This document shows positions 29,801-40,261 of a DNA stretch of 64,000 bases, piece after piece. The position numbers and the translations under genes are program-made. Source of the stretch: Hyalangium minutum (GTDB lineage: Bacteria; Myxococcota; Myxococcia; Myxococcales; Myxococcaceae); the NCBI RefSeq assembly GCF_000737315.1, contig NZ_JMCB01000034.1, forward strand, positions 68,346 to 132,345. Direction: 5' to 3'. Positions within the stretch are counted from its first letter, which is position 1. Each line of letters starts with the position of its first letter. The notes beneath the pieces were generated by a model. That model was not told the origin of the DNA. It made no database searches and saw nothing but the letters and a program-made list of their open reading frames with translations.

Positions 29801-30162
29801 GCCATCGCCTGAGCCTCACGCAGGAAGCGGCCTTGCTCCTCGTCCACCCGCGCGTTGGCTCCGCTCCAGGCTCGCAGCAGCTTGAGCGCCACGCGCCGGT
29901 CCAGCCGTGCGTCGTACGCCGAGAGCACCACTCCCATGGAGCCCTGGCCCAGCTGCTTCAGCACCGTGTACCGGCCCAGCATCGTCTGCCCAGGTTGCGG
30001 CAGGGTGGGCGGCACGACCTCCTCCTCCGGCGCCTCGTACGGCCACGTGCCCACCCCCTCCTCCCGATCCCCTGGGGTGGAGTCCGGATCGCCACCCGCG
30101 GCCACCACCTCATCGCTGAGAGAGCCACCGCGTTCCTTCTCTGGCTGCTCGCCTTCGCTCAT
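26827..30162 (-). CDS. Membrane Ser/Thr protein kinase with C-terminal TPR array
   Basis: VALK, HHDFKPDN, DFGLA kinase motifs; TM segment; about nine 42-aa repeats of type EKxLGPEHPxVAxSLxNLG. Confidence 0.93.
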   Translation of the reverse strand: MSEGEQPEKERGGSLSDEVVAAGGDPDSTPGDREEGVGTWPYEAPEEEVVPPTLPQPGQTMLGRYTVLKQLGQGSMGVVLSAYDARLDRRVALKLLRAWSGANARVDEEQGRFLREAQAMARLSHSNVVGVYDAGRLEDGTLFIAMEHVEGQTLRQWQQGRGWKEVLRQYLAAGRGLAAAHEAGLIHHDFKPDNVLVGADGRARVTDFGLARLGPVALESEEPGLSPLPAATGVIAPLTRGGERWMGTPAYMAEEQFQGKREDARSDLYAFCVSLYEGLYGRVPYEAATVSELREAQRAGKARVPEGAAVPAWVARTVLRGLQSEPERRPSSMGEVLKALSADPEVKSRERVRKGAVTSVTVLLGVLAVWGWADRQQPCDGLGHHLAGVWDEAVKQKVRQALVATGLPYAPETAERVVKGLEAYAGRWVKQRTEVCLGVSREGEARAESLWVREEMCLERRRSQLRALTELLTQAPDEELVGKAVQAVQALPPLEYCMDAKALTAAVPPPEEPTVRARVDALQEQVDRLEVLLAAGKFKQGVARADELVPQVEPVGYAPLLARTLLLSAQLRSEAGDYKGAEERLHQTMTAAARGKDMATLARAWSARVSVVGYHMGRLQEALSLRPTVEQFVDLADDDRIRASALTNLGLVLIELGRYDEALRECEAALALREKVLGPEHPEVASSLSDLAIVFSKQGQYEKARQMAERVLAIREKVLGPEHPSVAAALNSLGAELWDLGRHEEARAAFARGLVLREKTLGPEHPAVASSLNNLGLVLGDLGRYEEAHAAAARALAIQEKALGSEHPDVAVALNNLGLSLLNLGRFEEARAPLVRGLAIREKLLGPDHRAVASSLNILGNALMELGRSEEARAAFARELAIREKVLGPEHPSVAISLASLGLALGELGRYEEAHQMHTRALMLREKMLGAEHPRVATLLANLSSLLDMMGRYEEARQLGERALAVRLKALGPDNPDVALSLSSVGDALRDLGRGAEAREKYTRAIELQEKVLPPDHPERFGPLLGMGKLLLAEGSPVEARPWLERALAVAPVARRARVQFPLARALWDGGGERPRAVELASQAREFWSRQRRASDAKQVSQWLDAHSLPR
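27170..28260 (-). repeat. Tandem 126-nt (42-aa) TPR-coding repeats
   Basis: Recurring gggtgctc(g/c)gggcccagcacctt-like units at ~126-nt spacing. Confidence 0.85.
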
Positions 30163-30207
30163 GGCCCTCTCTCCGACCGCAAGCCGCAGCCGCAGGCTCA
30201 CCCTCGC

Positions 30208-31569
<1,362 letters not shown>

Positions 31570-31650
31570 CGAAAACTACCACCCCAGGTCAACACAAGAG
31601 AACAGCCTCCACTCCAACAAGAAAGACTCAGAACCACTGAATTCACCTGC

Positions 31651-31680
31651 CTCGCTCGCTCGGCTGGAGCAGCGAGCGAG
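31651..31680 (-). terminator. Hairpin downstream of the RCC1 gene
   Basis: ctcgctcgct / agcgagcgag perfect 10-bp stem; no clear U-tract. Confidence 0.45.
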
Positions 31681-31700
31681 GCCCCCCCACTGTCGGAGCA

Positions 31701-34322
31701 TCACCCTCCGATAAGACCGACTCCACCACCGGGAGGAACGAAGATGCTCCCGTCGCCCGGCAGAGCCGTGACCTGCGTGGGGCTCGACCGGTTGGTGGTC
31801 GTCCCCTCTCCGAGCTGGCCGTAGCTGTTGTAGCCGCAGGACCGGACGATGGCGCCCTTGTCCAGCGCCATCGTGTGATGGTGGCCACCAGAAGAGAGGT
31901 CCACGATAGAGCTCAAGAGGGTCGCCGCCGGCGCCGTGCGGTTGGTGGTCGTCCCATCACAGAGCTGGCCATAGGTGTTGTAGCCCCAGCCCGACACGGT
32001 CCCATCCCTCCTCAAGGCCAACGTGGAGTAGCTCCTCGCGACGATTGCGATGACATCGCCGAGGCTCAGGACCTGCACCGGCGACGAGCGGTTGGTGGTC
32101 GTCCCGTCTCCGAGCTGGCCGTAGTAGTTGTAACCCCAGGCCCTCACCGTGCCGCTCGTGGCCAGCGCCATCGTGTGGTACATGCCCGCAGAGACAGCGG
32201 CGATGCTGGGGAGTCCGGGGACCTGCACCGGCGACAGGCAGTCGGTGGTCGCTCCGTTGCCCAGCTGGCCGTAGGAGTTGTAGCCCCAGGTCCACACAGT
32301 GCCGTCCGCCTTCAGTGCCACCGTGTGGTAGATGCCCGCAGCGATGGAGATCACACCGTTGAGGCCAGGGACCTGCGTCGGCGAGGAGCGAGAGATGTTC
32401 GTTCCGTTTCCGAGCTGGCCGTAGCCGTTGTAGCCCCAGGTCCACACGGTGCCGTCTGCCTTGAGCGCCACCGTGTGGTAGCCTCCGGGGGAGACCGCGA
32501 TGACGCCCTCCAACCCGGGCACGAGCTGCGGCGTGGGGCTGTTGGTGGTCGTCCCGTTGCCCAGCTGGCCGTAGCCGTTGTAGCCCCAGGTCCACACGGT
32601 GCCGTCATCCTTCAGCACGACCGTGTGGTGGGTGCCCACCTCCGCGTCGACGACGCCGCTCATCCCCGTCAGCAGTGCAGGCGTGAGCCTGTTGGTGGTC
32701 GTCCCGTCGCCCAGCTGGCCGTAGGAGTTGTAGCCCCAGGTCCACAGCGCCCCGCCCTTCCCCACGGCCACCGAGTGGGCAGTGCCGCCAGCCGTCGAGA
32801 CGATCCCGCTGACCACGACGGCCACGGGCGAGAGGCGCTGGGAGACGGTCCCATCTCCCAGCTGGCCGTAGTAGTTGTAGCCCCAGCCAAACAGGGTGTG
32901 AGGGTTCGTCACGACCAGCTGGCGCTTCTGGGCCACTGTGTGAGTGGCACCCGCGCCGAACATCTTGACGCCGGTCATCCCCGGGACCTGCACCGGCGTG
33001 GCGGAAGTGGTGGTGCTCCCGATTCCCAGCTGTCCGTTGTAGTTGGAACCCCAGGCATACAAGGTGCCATCCTGCCGCTTGGCCACGGAGTGGAAGGCGC
33101 CGGCGGCGATCTCGACGGCTTGGGTGAGGCCCGACACCTGCACCGGGAAGACGCTGTCGACGGTGGTCCCATTTCCCAGCTGGCCGTAGGAGTTGGAGCC
33201 CCAGCTCCACGCGGTGCCGTCGCTCTTCACGCTGACCGTGTGGTAGTAGCCTCCGGAGAGGGAGCGGACGCCGCTGATGCCCGCCACCTGTACGGGCGTC
33301 AACCGGGTGAGGGTGGTCCCGTCCCCCAGCTGCCCGTTGGCGTTGGATCCCCAGGCCCAAGCGCTTCCGTCCTTCTTCACGGCCACCGTGTGGAGGTAAC
33401 CCGCGGCGATGCCGAAGACGCCGCTGAGACCGGACACCTGCACGGGCGTCAGGCGGCTCGTGGTGGTCCCATCCCCGAGCTGGCCGTAGCCGTTGTAACC
33501 CCAGGCCCACACGGTCCCGTCCGCCTTCAGCGCCACCGTCCGAGCGTAGAAGGTCGCCACCGCGACGACGTCGGTCAGGCCGGGCACCTGCCTGGGCACC
33601 GCATGGAGCGTGGTGGTGCCATCTCCGAGCTGGCCGCTGGAGTTGTACCCCCAGGTCCACACGCTCCCATCCTCCGTCACCGCCGCCGAGTGCGTGTCCC
33701 CGGCCGACACGGAGACGACGTGGCTCACCCCCCTCACCCTCGTGGGAGAATTGCGCTGGGTCCTCTCGCCGTTGCCGAGCTGGCCATAGGTGTTGTAGCC
33801 CCACCCCCACACAGAGCCGTCCGACTTCACCTCCAGCGTGTGGTTGCCGCCGAGGCTCAGGCTGGGACAGAACTGGACGACGTTCCGGAACACCGTCTTG
33901 GGCAGGTTGTTGCAGTAGCTGCGATTGCCATTGCTGTCGATGATCATCGGGTAGGCCTTCACCTCGAAGCCGTGCACCCCGCAGCCCACCCCGGCCTCGC
34001 TGAAGAACCACTCCCCCGTCTCTCCCACGCGCTCGTCGACCGCATGCAGCGTGCCGTCGACGTAGTACTCGAGCTTCGCGGCATTGGCCCCATTGATGGC
34101 CGTCCAGGTTCCCGCGCCGGCCAGCTCGCCCTCGAAGGAGCTCACGCCTTCCAGCGAGAGGTCGTCGATGGCCGCCCCCGACGAGCACAGCGCCGACTCC
34201 TGGGTCCCCAGCGTCTCCTCCGGGCCGATCCCTCCCTCTTCGGGAGGAGCACCACAAGCCGCCAGCAGCACCGAGGCCAATACCGCCAACACATCCGAAC
34301 GCTTCAGGTCTCTCTTGAGCAT
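31701..34322 (-). CDS. RCC1-repeat lipoprotein (14 repeats) with N-terminal Ig-like domain
   Basis: LLAAC lipobox, 14 copies of (W/C)G(Y/S)NxxGQL(G/C)xG; ATG 34322. Confidence 0.92.
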   Translation of the reverse strand: MLKRDLKRSDVLAVLASVLLAACGAPPEEGGIGPEETLGTQESALCSSGAAIDDLSLEGVSSFEGELAGAGTWTAINGANAAKLEYYVDGTLHAVDERVGETGEWFFSEAGVGCGVHGFEVKAYPMIIDSNGNRSYCNNLPKTVFRNVVQFCPSLSLGGNHTLEVKSDGSVWGWGYNTYGQLGNGERTQRNSPTRVRGVSHVVSVSAGDTHSAAVTEDGSVWTWGYNSSGQLGDGTTTLHAVPRQVPGLTDVVAVATFYARTVALKADGTVWAWGYNGYGQLGDGTTTSRLTPVQVSGLSGVFGIAAGYLHTVAVKKDGSAWAWGSNANGQLGDGTTLTRLTPVQVAGISGVRSLSGGYYHTVSVKSDGTAWSWGSNSYGQLGNGTTVDSVFPVQVSGLTQAVEIAAGAFHSVAKRQDGTLYAWGSNYNGQLGIGSTTTSATPVQVPGMTGVKMFGAGATHTVAQKRQLVVTNPHTLFGWGYNYYGQLGDGTVSQRLSPVAVVVSGIVSTAGGTAHSVAVGKGGALWTWGYNSYGQLGDGTTTNRLTPALLTGMSGVVDAEVGTHHTVVLKDDGTVWTWGYNGYGQLGNGTTTNSPTPQLVPGLEGVIAVSPGGYHTVALKADGTVWTWGYNGYGQLGNGTNISRSSPTQVPGLNGVISIAAGIYHTVALKADGTVWTWGYNSYGQLGNGATTDCLSPVQVPGLPSIAAVSAGMYHTMALATSGTVRAWGYNYYGQLGDGTTTNRSSPVQVLSLGDVIAIVARSYSTLALRRDGTVSGWGYNTYGQLCDGTTTNRTAPAATLLSSIVDLSSGGHHHTMALDKGAIVRSCGYNSYGQLGEGTTTNRSSPTQVTALPGDGSIFVPPGGGVGLIGG

Positions 34323-34335
34323 GGTCTCTCCCCTC

Positions 34336-34351
34336 TGCACTCGCCACGCCA
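34336..34351 (-). promoter_or_regulatory. Candidate sigma54 -24/-12 promoter for the RCC1 gene
   Basis: Minus strand TGGCGTGGCGAGTGCA (GG-N10-GC); unusually close to the ATG. Confidence 0.45.
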
Positions 34352-34480
34352 GCCGTGGCGGCCAACCATGGCTCCCTGCTTTTCCAGCGATTTCCTTGGG
34401 TTTCCTATTTACGGGTTTCGCCAGAGAGGGCCTCTGGCGGAGGCCCCTGGTCACAGCAGTAGCCAGGCCCAGGGCAGGCC

Positions 34481-34500
34481 CTGATCACAGCTGTTATCAG
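34481..34500. promoter_or_regulatory. Palindromic activator site 1
   Basis: CTGATCAC-AGCT-GTTATCAG; a weaker copy CTGGTCAC-AGCA-GTAGCCAG lies at 34447-34466. Confidence 0.6.
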
Positions 34501-34527
34501 GCGGGCCCGCCGCACCCGAGCGCGGCC

Positions 34528-36054
34528 TCAGTACTGGCCCTTCAGCGTGGTGGTGTAGCTGGTGAAGGCGCGGAGTTGGACGAACCAGGTACCCGGAAGC
34601 GGGTTGGGCAGGGTGCACGTCTCGTTGTTGCCCTTGCGCAGGGGCCGACACTGGTAGGCGTACGTCTCTGGCAGCTGGCCATAGCGGACGTAGAGGTCCG
34701 CGTCTCCCGTGCCTCCGGAGAGGGTGAAGACCACCGAGGGCCGCCCGGCCGGGACCTCCAGCTTGAAGTTCTTCTGGCCGCCGGTGATGTCGGACACACT
34801 TGTTGCCACCCCGTTGGCAATGGGCGTGGCCTGGGGGCGCTTGTACAGCAACCGGTTGGGCGAGGTCGTGTCAAAGACATCCAGCTGCACCTGATCCACG
34901 CTCGCATCGGCGATCAAGCGAGCAGGGATGCCGGCGGGCAAGACGCCCTGGGACAGAAGGATGGCCGCCAAGCCGCTCACGTGAGGTGTGGCGAACGAGG
35001 TCCCCTCGACGTTCGTCCAGGCCTCGTCACTGAACATCGCCGCGGATTTGATGTTCGCACCGGGAGCCCAGAGGTCCAGACATTCTCCAAAGTTGGATCC
35101 ATTGAAGCCGCTCGACCAGCGCGTCTGCGCCTCGTCGATCGCGCCCACGGTCAAGATGCGCTCCCGGAACGGGTGGGTGGCGTCCGGCTGGAGACGGGCC
35201 GGCGAGCAGGTGCAGGCGTTCAGGCCGGCATTCCCCGCTGCGACCACCAGGACGAGCCCGGGATTGCTCGCCATGACATCCGCGGCCGCATCGAGCGGTG
35301 CGAACGGGCTCGTGGTGGTGAAGCTCAGGTTGACGATGGCCGGCGTGACGGCGTTGTTCGCCACCCACTCCATCGCTTGCACCAGCCCATCAACCGTCGC
35401 CTCGCCCAACTGGTTGAACGCCTTGACCGAGTTCAAACGGACCTTCTTGGCGACACCGTACGTCTTGCCTCCAATGATCCCCGCCACGGCGGTACCATGC
35501 CCGGAGAAGTCATCCCCGAACTCCGTGGTGTTGTTGAACGCGACCTGGGCGCGCCCTTCGAACTCCGAGTGCGATGCCCGGATGCCCGTGTCGATGATGT
35601 AGACGTTGACGCCCGTCGCGTCTTCGGCCTGGTAGCTGTTGCTCAGCGGCAGCCGCTCCTGGTCGATCCGATCCAGGTTCCAAGGCGCTGGAGACTGGAC
35701 GCCCGACACCCTGACGATGCCGTTCTCCTGGACGTACTCCACCTGGGGATCCTCGGCCAGCGCCCGAGCCTGCTCCTCGTTGGCGGAGATGAGGAAGCCG
35801 CGAAAGGCGGTCTCGTGGGTGGTGAGGACACGTGCGCCGTACGGCTTGGCCAGCGCATCTGCCCTCAGCGCCATGCTCATCAGACCCCGTGCGGGCTTCT
35901 CCTTGAGGACGACGAGGTACTCGCCCTTCACGGGCTCCGGGGACCTCACCAGCTTGCCCTGCTCCGGCACCCGAGGTGGCGCAGCGAGCGCCCCCATCGA
36001 GGTCAGGACGAGACACGCGGTGATCAACCTGCTCCAGCTCTTCATGCTTGGCAT
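34528..36054 (-). CDS. Secreted subtilisin-like S8 peptidase with I9 propeptide and PPC domain
   Basis: IIDTG, HGTAVAG and GTSFATPHVSG triad; AAGN; GGTGDADLYVRYG PPC domain; start 36054 or 36045. Confidence 0.93.
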   Translation of the reverse strand: MPSMKSWSRLITACLVLTSMGALAAPPRVPEQGKLVRSPEPVKGEYLVVLKEKPARGLMSMALRADALAKPYGARVLTTHETAFRGFLISANEEQARALAEDPQVEYVQENGIVRVSGVQSPAPWNLDRIDQERLPLSNSYQAEDATGVNVYIIDTGIRASHSEFEGRAQVAFNNTTEFGDDFSGHGTAVAGIIGGKTYGVAKKVRLNSVKAFNQLGEATVDGLVQAMEWVANNAVTPAIVNLSFTTTSPFAPLDAAADVMASNPGLVLVVAAGNAGLNACTCSPARLQPDATHPFRERILTVGAIDEAQTRWSSGFNGSNFGECLDLWAPGANIKSAAMFSDEAWTNVEGTSFATPHVSGLAAILLSQGVLPAGIPARLIADASVDQVQLDVFDTTSPNRLLYKRPQATPIANGVATSVSDITGGQKNFKLEVPAGRPSVVFTLSGGTGDADLYVRYGQLPETYAYQCRPLRKGNNETCTLPNPLPGTWFVQLRAFTSYTTTLKGQY

Positions 36055-36079
36055 CTGTTCTCTCTTTTCAATCATTGGG

Positions 36080-36868
36080 TCAGGGAGCTGCGGCACGGCG
36101 CACCTGTGCTTGAAGGCTCAGCTCCTGCTCCTTCACGAGCCGGCGCTGGTTGTGCGCAGCGATGTACTGCAACAGCTTCTCGAGCGAGGTCCCCTTCGCG
36201 GCTTCGACCAGGGCACGAGCTCTCTCGGGCTCTTGATCCGCGAAGATCTCGTAGAGCTCCATTCGGGTCGCGGCCATCGAGCGCCTGGCGCTCAATGACA
36301 GCTCCGGGCTGAAGGAGTCCGCCAGGATGATGCCTTCGACGGTGGACACCCACTGCTCGCGAGCGGGGTTCTGTCTCCAGGCCAATGCCTCGCGCAGGTA
36401 GTCGATCCGCATCAGGCGCTTGATGCTGGACTCCAGGGACTCCTCGGCTTCTGTCGAGGAGCCCAGCGTCCGGCGCAGCTGCTCATACATCCGCGTGTCG
36501 GCGAGCAGCGCCTCGTAGTCCTTCCGTCCATTGGAATCGAGGAGGATGTGCTCGCGGAAGTAATCGAACCGCGCCAGCTCCGGCTCCGTCTTGAAGAGCT
36601 TCGCCTTCATCACGTCGGTCGCCGTGGTGAACTCGCCGTGCTCCCCTTCCTCTCCTGGAACCTCCTCGGGCGCCGCGAGCAGGGCGGGGGGAGGAGGCAC
36701 GGCGGGCCGCTCCGGCACCGCGACACGAGCCGGTGCCGGAGGAGTGTTCTCCCCCCTCACCGGGGCAGCCCTGATGAAGGCGGAGTCCTCTGGGCTGTCC
36801 AGCGCCGCGACGATGAACGCCAGCGCCACGAGCCCCGCAATGACAAACAGATACCGGCTGATCTTCAT
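36080..36868 (-). CDS. Membrane-anchored helical hypothetical protein (operon gene D)
   Basis: N-terminal hydrophobic anchor, Pro/Ala linker, charged helical domain. Confidence 0.8.
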   Translation of the reverse strand: MKISRYLFVIAGLVALAFIVAALDSPEDSAFIRAAPVRGENTPPAPARVAVPERPAVPPPPALLAAPEEVPGEEGEHGEFTTATDVMKAKLFKTEPELARFDYFREHILLDSNGRKDYEALLADTRMYEQLRRTLGSSTEAEESLESSIKRLMRIDYLREALAWRQNPAREQWVSTVEGIILADSFSPELSLSARRSMAATRMELYEIFADQEPERARALVEAAKGTSLEKLLQYIAAHNQRRLVKEQELSLQAQVRRAAAP

Positions 36869-36889
36869 GGGATCTCGGCCTACGTCTGG

Positions 36890-37984
36890 CTAAGGGATGA
36901 CGTCGGTGGGCACGCCATAGAGGATGATGCGGTTGATGTAGCGCACCTCGTCGTTCTGGAACCGCACGGAGCCCACCAGATAGCCCTGAGCCACGAGGAT
37001 GTTGGACACCAGATCCGTCGACACTGGCGCGATGTTGTAGACCTTCCCGAAGTAGGTGGTCCTCTGAATGTCCACGATGGGATCCAGGGTGCCATCCGCC
37101 TTCACCAGCTCGTCGCCCACCTTGAGGGTCTGCGCCTGCACGATGCGGCCCTCGCCGTTGATGACAGGATGCTCGAGGGTGATGCTGAGCCGGCCGCCAG
37201 ACTGGGTGGTGATGATGCAGAGCTTCTGCTCCGCATCGCGGAGCTCTCGCGTGTAGCTATAGGTGCTGTTCTGGTGCAGCCGCAGGTTGTCGAGCGTGGA
37301 GTCCGGGGTCAGCGTGATCAGGTCATCGCGCAGTGAGTTCATCGCGTCGAGGATGGGCACCTCTCCGCTGGAGAAGAGGATCTTCTGCTCGGGGGTGTAG
37401 CAAGCCGCCTCGCAGTAGCCGTTCACATGGGAGGGAGTGAAGACCGGCTGGGTGCTCTCCTTATCGAGATAGAACATGCAGTCCTCGAGATTTTTGTGAG
37501 GGAAGAGCTGGATGTTGTCCTCGGAGGTGATGTCCGACGAGGTGCTGAAGGTGGGGTAGAGCTGACGCCCCTTCCTCCGCCACGAGTCCCGCGACCACTG
37601 GAAGTAACCGTTGAGATCCGTCGTCTGGTAGGTGGGGCCCGACAGGTACAGGGCCATCATGGCGGAGGTGTTCATCTTGAAGAGGTAGTCCGGGCCCGTG
37701 AACGCGCCCTCACCCTCCGGGTTCTTCTCCGGATCGGCCTCCAGATAGTCCTTCAGCGTCCCGCCCCCCGCGGCAGCCTGGCCCGTGTTGAAGAAGGCTG
37801 CCGGATCCCCGACGTTCTGGAGCGTCCCGCACTTGCGAGCCCACTCGACTCGAGCCGCCGCCGCCGCATTCGTACTCAGGCTGTCGACAGTGCATCGAGC
37901 CGTGAGGATGGGCTGCGCGAGCACCTGCATCGGCAACAGCGCCCCCACCGCCAAGGCGATGGCACCCCAGATTCTATTGAACAT
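36890..37984 (-). CDS. Secreted protein with C-terminal Hint (Hedgehog/intein-like) domain (operon gene C)
   Basis: Signal peptide; A|CYTPEQKIL block A, ITLEHP block B, LKVGD, KVYNI block F, QGYLVGS block G. Confidence 0.85.
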   Translation of the reverse strand: MFNRIWGAIALAVGALLPMQVLAQPILTARCTVDSLSTNAAAAARVEWARKCGTLQNVGDPAAFFNTGQAAAGGGTLKDYLEADPEKNPEGEGAFTGPDYLFKMNTSAMMALYLSGPTYQTTDLNGYFQWSRDSWRRKGRQLYPTFSTSSDITSEDNIQLFPHKNLEDCMFYLDKESTQPVFTPSHVNGYCEAACYTPEQKILFSSGEVPILDAMNSLRDDLITLTPDSTLDNLRLHQNSTYSYTRELRDAEQKLCIITTQSGGRLSITLEHPVINGEGRIVQAQTLKVGDELVKADGTLDPIVDIQRTTYFGKVYNIAPVSTDLVSNILVAQGYLVGSVRFQNDEVRYINRIILYGVPTDVIP

Positions 37985-38044
37985 TCAAACCCTCGCTTGT
38001 TCGTGCCGCACCATGCGGCACGGGAATCAGTGACAGGCGCTCCG

Positions 38045-40099
38045 CTACGGAGAGGAGCGCGGAAGGGAGCCGCCAGTCGTGGGCATGGCGACGAAGCTCG
38101 CGGCCGCCTTCCGGAGATCCGGGTTCGGATCGTGCTCGCTGGCCCAGGCCAGCAGGGGCAGCGCCTCCGGCACGGCCGCGCGCTGCTCTCCGAGGAGGTG
38201 GATCACGTCGACCCGGACTCCGTTGGTGGGATCCATGCGCAGCGCCTGCGCCAGAGCGGGGAGCAGGGGCGCCAAGGGCCGGAAGCCGCTGGCGAAGACG
38301 GCGACCCGCCGGACCTCGGGGGCGGGATCCTTGAGCATGAACTCGGACAGGAGCTGGTCGGCGCGGGGATCCGGGATGACGCGCAGCGCCTCGAGGGCGG
38401 CCTGGCGAATCTGGGGATCCGCGGATCGGAGCGCATCCTCGAACGTGCTCAGCGCGTCCGGCGAGCGGGTGTTGCCCAGGGTCCGCAGCGCCAGCGCCTG
38501 CTGCTCCGCATTGGAGGCCGTGCTGTACTCGCTGTTGAGCTCGTGGACGAGGGCCTCCGTACCCTTCGCGTCCGTGTCGGAGAGCTGGAAGGCGGCATTG
38601 CCGAGCGCCAGCTTCGCCGTGTCCCGGAGCATCCCGTCCGCGTCGTTCCTCGCGCCACGCAGGGCGTCCAGGCCCTCGCGGGTGGGGTCCTTCGCCACTC
38701 CCAGCGCGGCCACCGCGTCCATGCGGATGTCCGTGGGAATGGACTGATCGCCGCAGACCTCCGCCAGGGACTGGATGGCCTCGCGGGTGCTGGCCGCGGA
38801 GAGCGCGCCGAGCATGGGGCTGGCAGCGATCGGATCCATCCCCGCGCGAATGATGCCGGGGACCTTGAGGGCCTCGGAGGGGTGGAGCATGAAGAGGGCG
38901 CGGAGCTGCTCCAAGGCCTGGGTGCGGGCATCATCCTTGGCCTGGGGATCTTCCGGGAGCGAGCGCAGCTCCTTGACCAGGGTGTCGAAGTCCTTGCCCT
39001 TCAGCACCTGGCGGTACTGCTCCATCGGGTCCTGCTCCATGCCCTGGAAGGCCGCCATGGAGGCGGTGCTCAGAGAGGCCCGGCGCGCCATGAAAGTGCC
39101 GATCAGCGTCGGATCCGGGCGGCGCTCCAGCAGGCTCAGGCTCAGGGACGACTCATACGTGGTGGGAGGCATGGCCTGGCCCGCCTCCATCTCCACCCGC
39201 TCCCGCCCCTCGAGCGAGCGCGCCCAGAGATCGCGCTCCAGCTCGAAGGTGCTCGAGGCGCTCACGGTGATGTGGATCTGGCCAGTCAGAGGCTCGAGCC
39301 CCAACGGGGACGCCACGTGGGAGTAGGACTCCTTGCGCTTCTCGAAGCGGCCGGAGGCCAGGCGCTGATACACGGCATGGTAGCGGCCCGTGGTGTCGTA
39401 CTCCTCGGCGCTCCAGGTGGCGCCCGGCACACCAGCCACGACGAACTGCGAACTCGCCACGACTCCCCGGAGGATGTTTCGCACGAGCGGATCCGTCGCC
39501 TGCTCGAAGTGCGTGAACGTCGCCAGACCGGTCTTGTCGTACGTGAGGAAGAAGGGAAGCTGAAGGGCTGCGGACAGGCTGCGCTGGACGTCGGGGGCCA
39601 GGGGGCCCGCGCCGCCAACGTCCACCGTCAGCGAGGAGAGCTTGATGTTCACCCGGGCATCGACGCGCTCGGCGTCGACAGAGACGACACCCACGTTCCA
39701 CTCGCCCCGGAGGTTGAACCTCATCGAGGGCAGCGCCTGCGCGCCAGGCTGTGCCGGGCGAAAGGTGAGCTTCTGATCAGCGCTCAGGGAGTACCGGTAG
39801 AGCATCCCAGGGGTCCACGCGCGAGTTCCCGTGGAGGGCTTGGAGGACACGGCCGGGGCCGGCGCCGACGGGCCTCCGGCCGAAGGGGCTGCAGCCTGAG
39901 AGGACTGCGATTCCTGGGAGGGAGCCTCCGCAGAGGACGGGGACGCAAGCGCCCACAGCCCCAGGAGACTGACAGCCAGGAGCGCGAGCGTCACCCCGAA
40001 GAGGACGCGTGCGCGCTGACCCGCCAGGAGGCCTCCTGGGGTCGACGCCTGTCCCACGACAGCGATTGGCTTGCTGCTCACGTTGCCCGACTTCCGCAT
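38045..40099 (-). CDS. Exported protein with vitellogenin/MTP-like N-terminal beta domain and HEAT repeats (operon gene B)
   Basis: Hydrophobic leader, YRYSL...strand-rich region, EEYDTTGRYHAVY, then LRTLGN and VRRVAV HEAT-like helices; start uncertain (40099 or 40210). Confidence 0.7.
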   Translation of the reverse strand: MRKSGNVSSKPIAVVGQASTPGGLLAGQRARVLFGVTLALLAVSLLGLWALASPSSAEAPSQESQSSQAAAPSAGGPSAPAPAVSSKPSTGTRAWTPGMLYRYSLSADQKLTFRPAQPGAQALPSMRFNLRGEWNVGVVSVDAERVDARVNIKLSSLTVDVGGAGPLAPDVQRSLSAALQLPFFLTYDKTGLATFTHFEQATDPLVRNILRGVVASSQFVVAGVPGATWSAEEYDTTGRYHAVYQRLASGRFEKRKESYSHVASPLGLEPLTGQIHITVSASSTFELERDLWARSLEGRERVEMEAGQAMPPTTYESSLSLSLLERRPDPTLIGTFMARRASLSTASMAAFQGMEQDPMEQYRQVLKGKDFDTLVKELRSLPEDPQAKDDARTQALEQLRALFMLHPSEALKVPGIIRAGMDPIAASPMLGALSAASTREAIQSLAEVCGDQSIPTDIRMDAVAALGVAKDPTREGLDALRGARNDADGMLRDTAKLALGNAAFQLSDTDAKGTEALVHELNSEYSTASNAEQQALALRTLGNTRSPDALSTFEDALRSADPQIRQAALEALRVIPDPRADQLLSEFMLKDPAPEVRRVAVFASGFRPLAPLLPALAQALRMDPTNGVRVDVIHLLGEQRAAVPEALPLLAWASEHDPNPDLRKAAASFVAMPTTGGSLPRSSP

Positions 40100-40261
40100 G
40101 GGGGTGCTCCGAGTTGGCGGCTCTTGCCGCTTCAGTTTCAGTTCTGGTTTAGAGGGCGGGTGCCGCATCCTCAGCCGATCGCTCGACCGAGGAGACAGCA
40201 CCCGGTTCATCCCGCCTGGCGACAGCCAATGCCTCTCGGGCACGGCCGTCGCGTGGCGGTA

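Noticed and set aside
31875-34484. 869-aa plus-strand ORF and the 586-aa alternate-frame ORF 32605-34365
   Set aside because: Shadows of the RCC1 gene; their periodicity only mirrors the RCC1 repeats.
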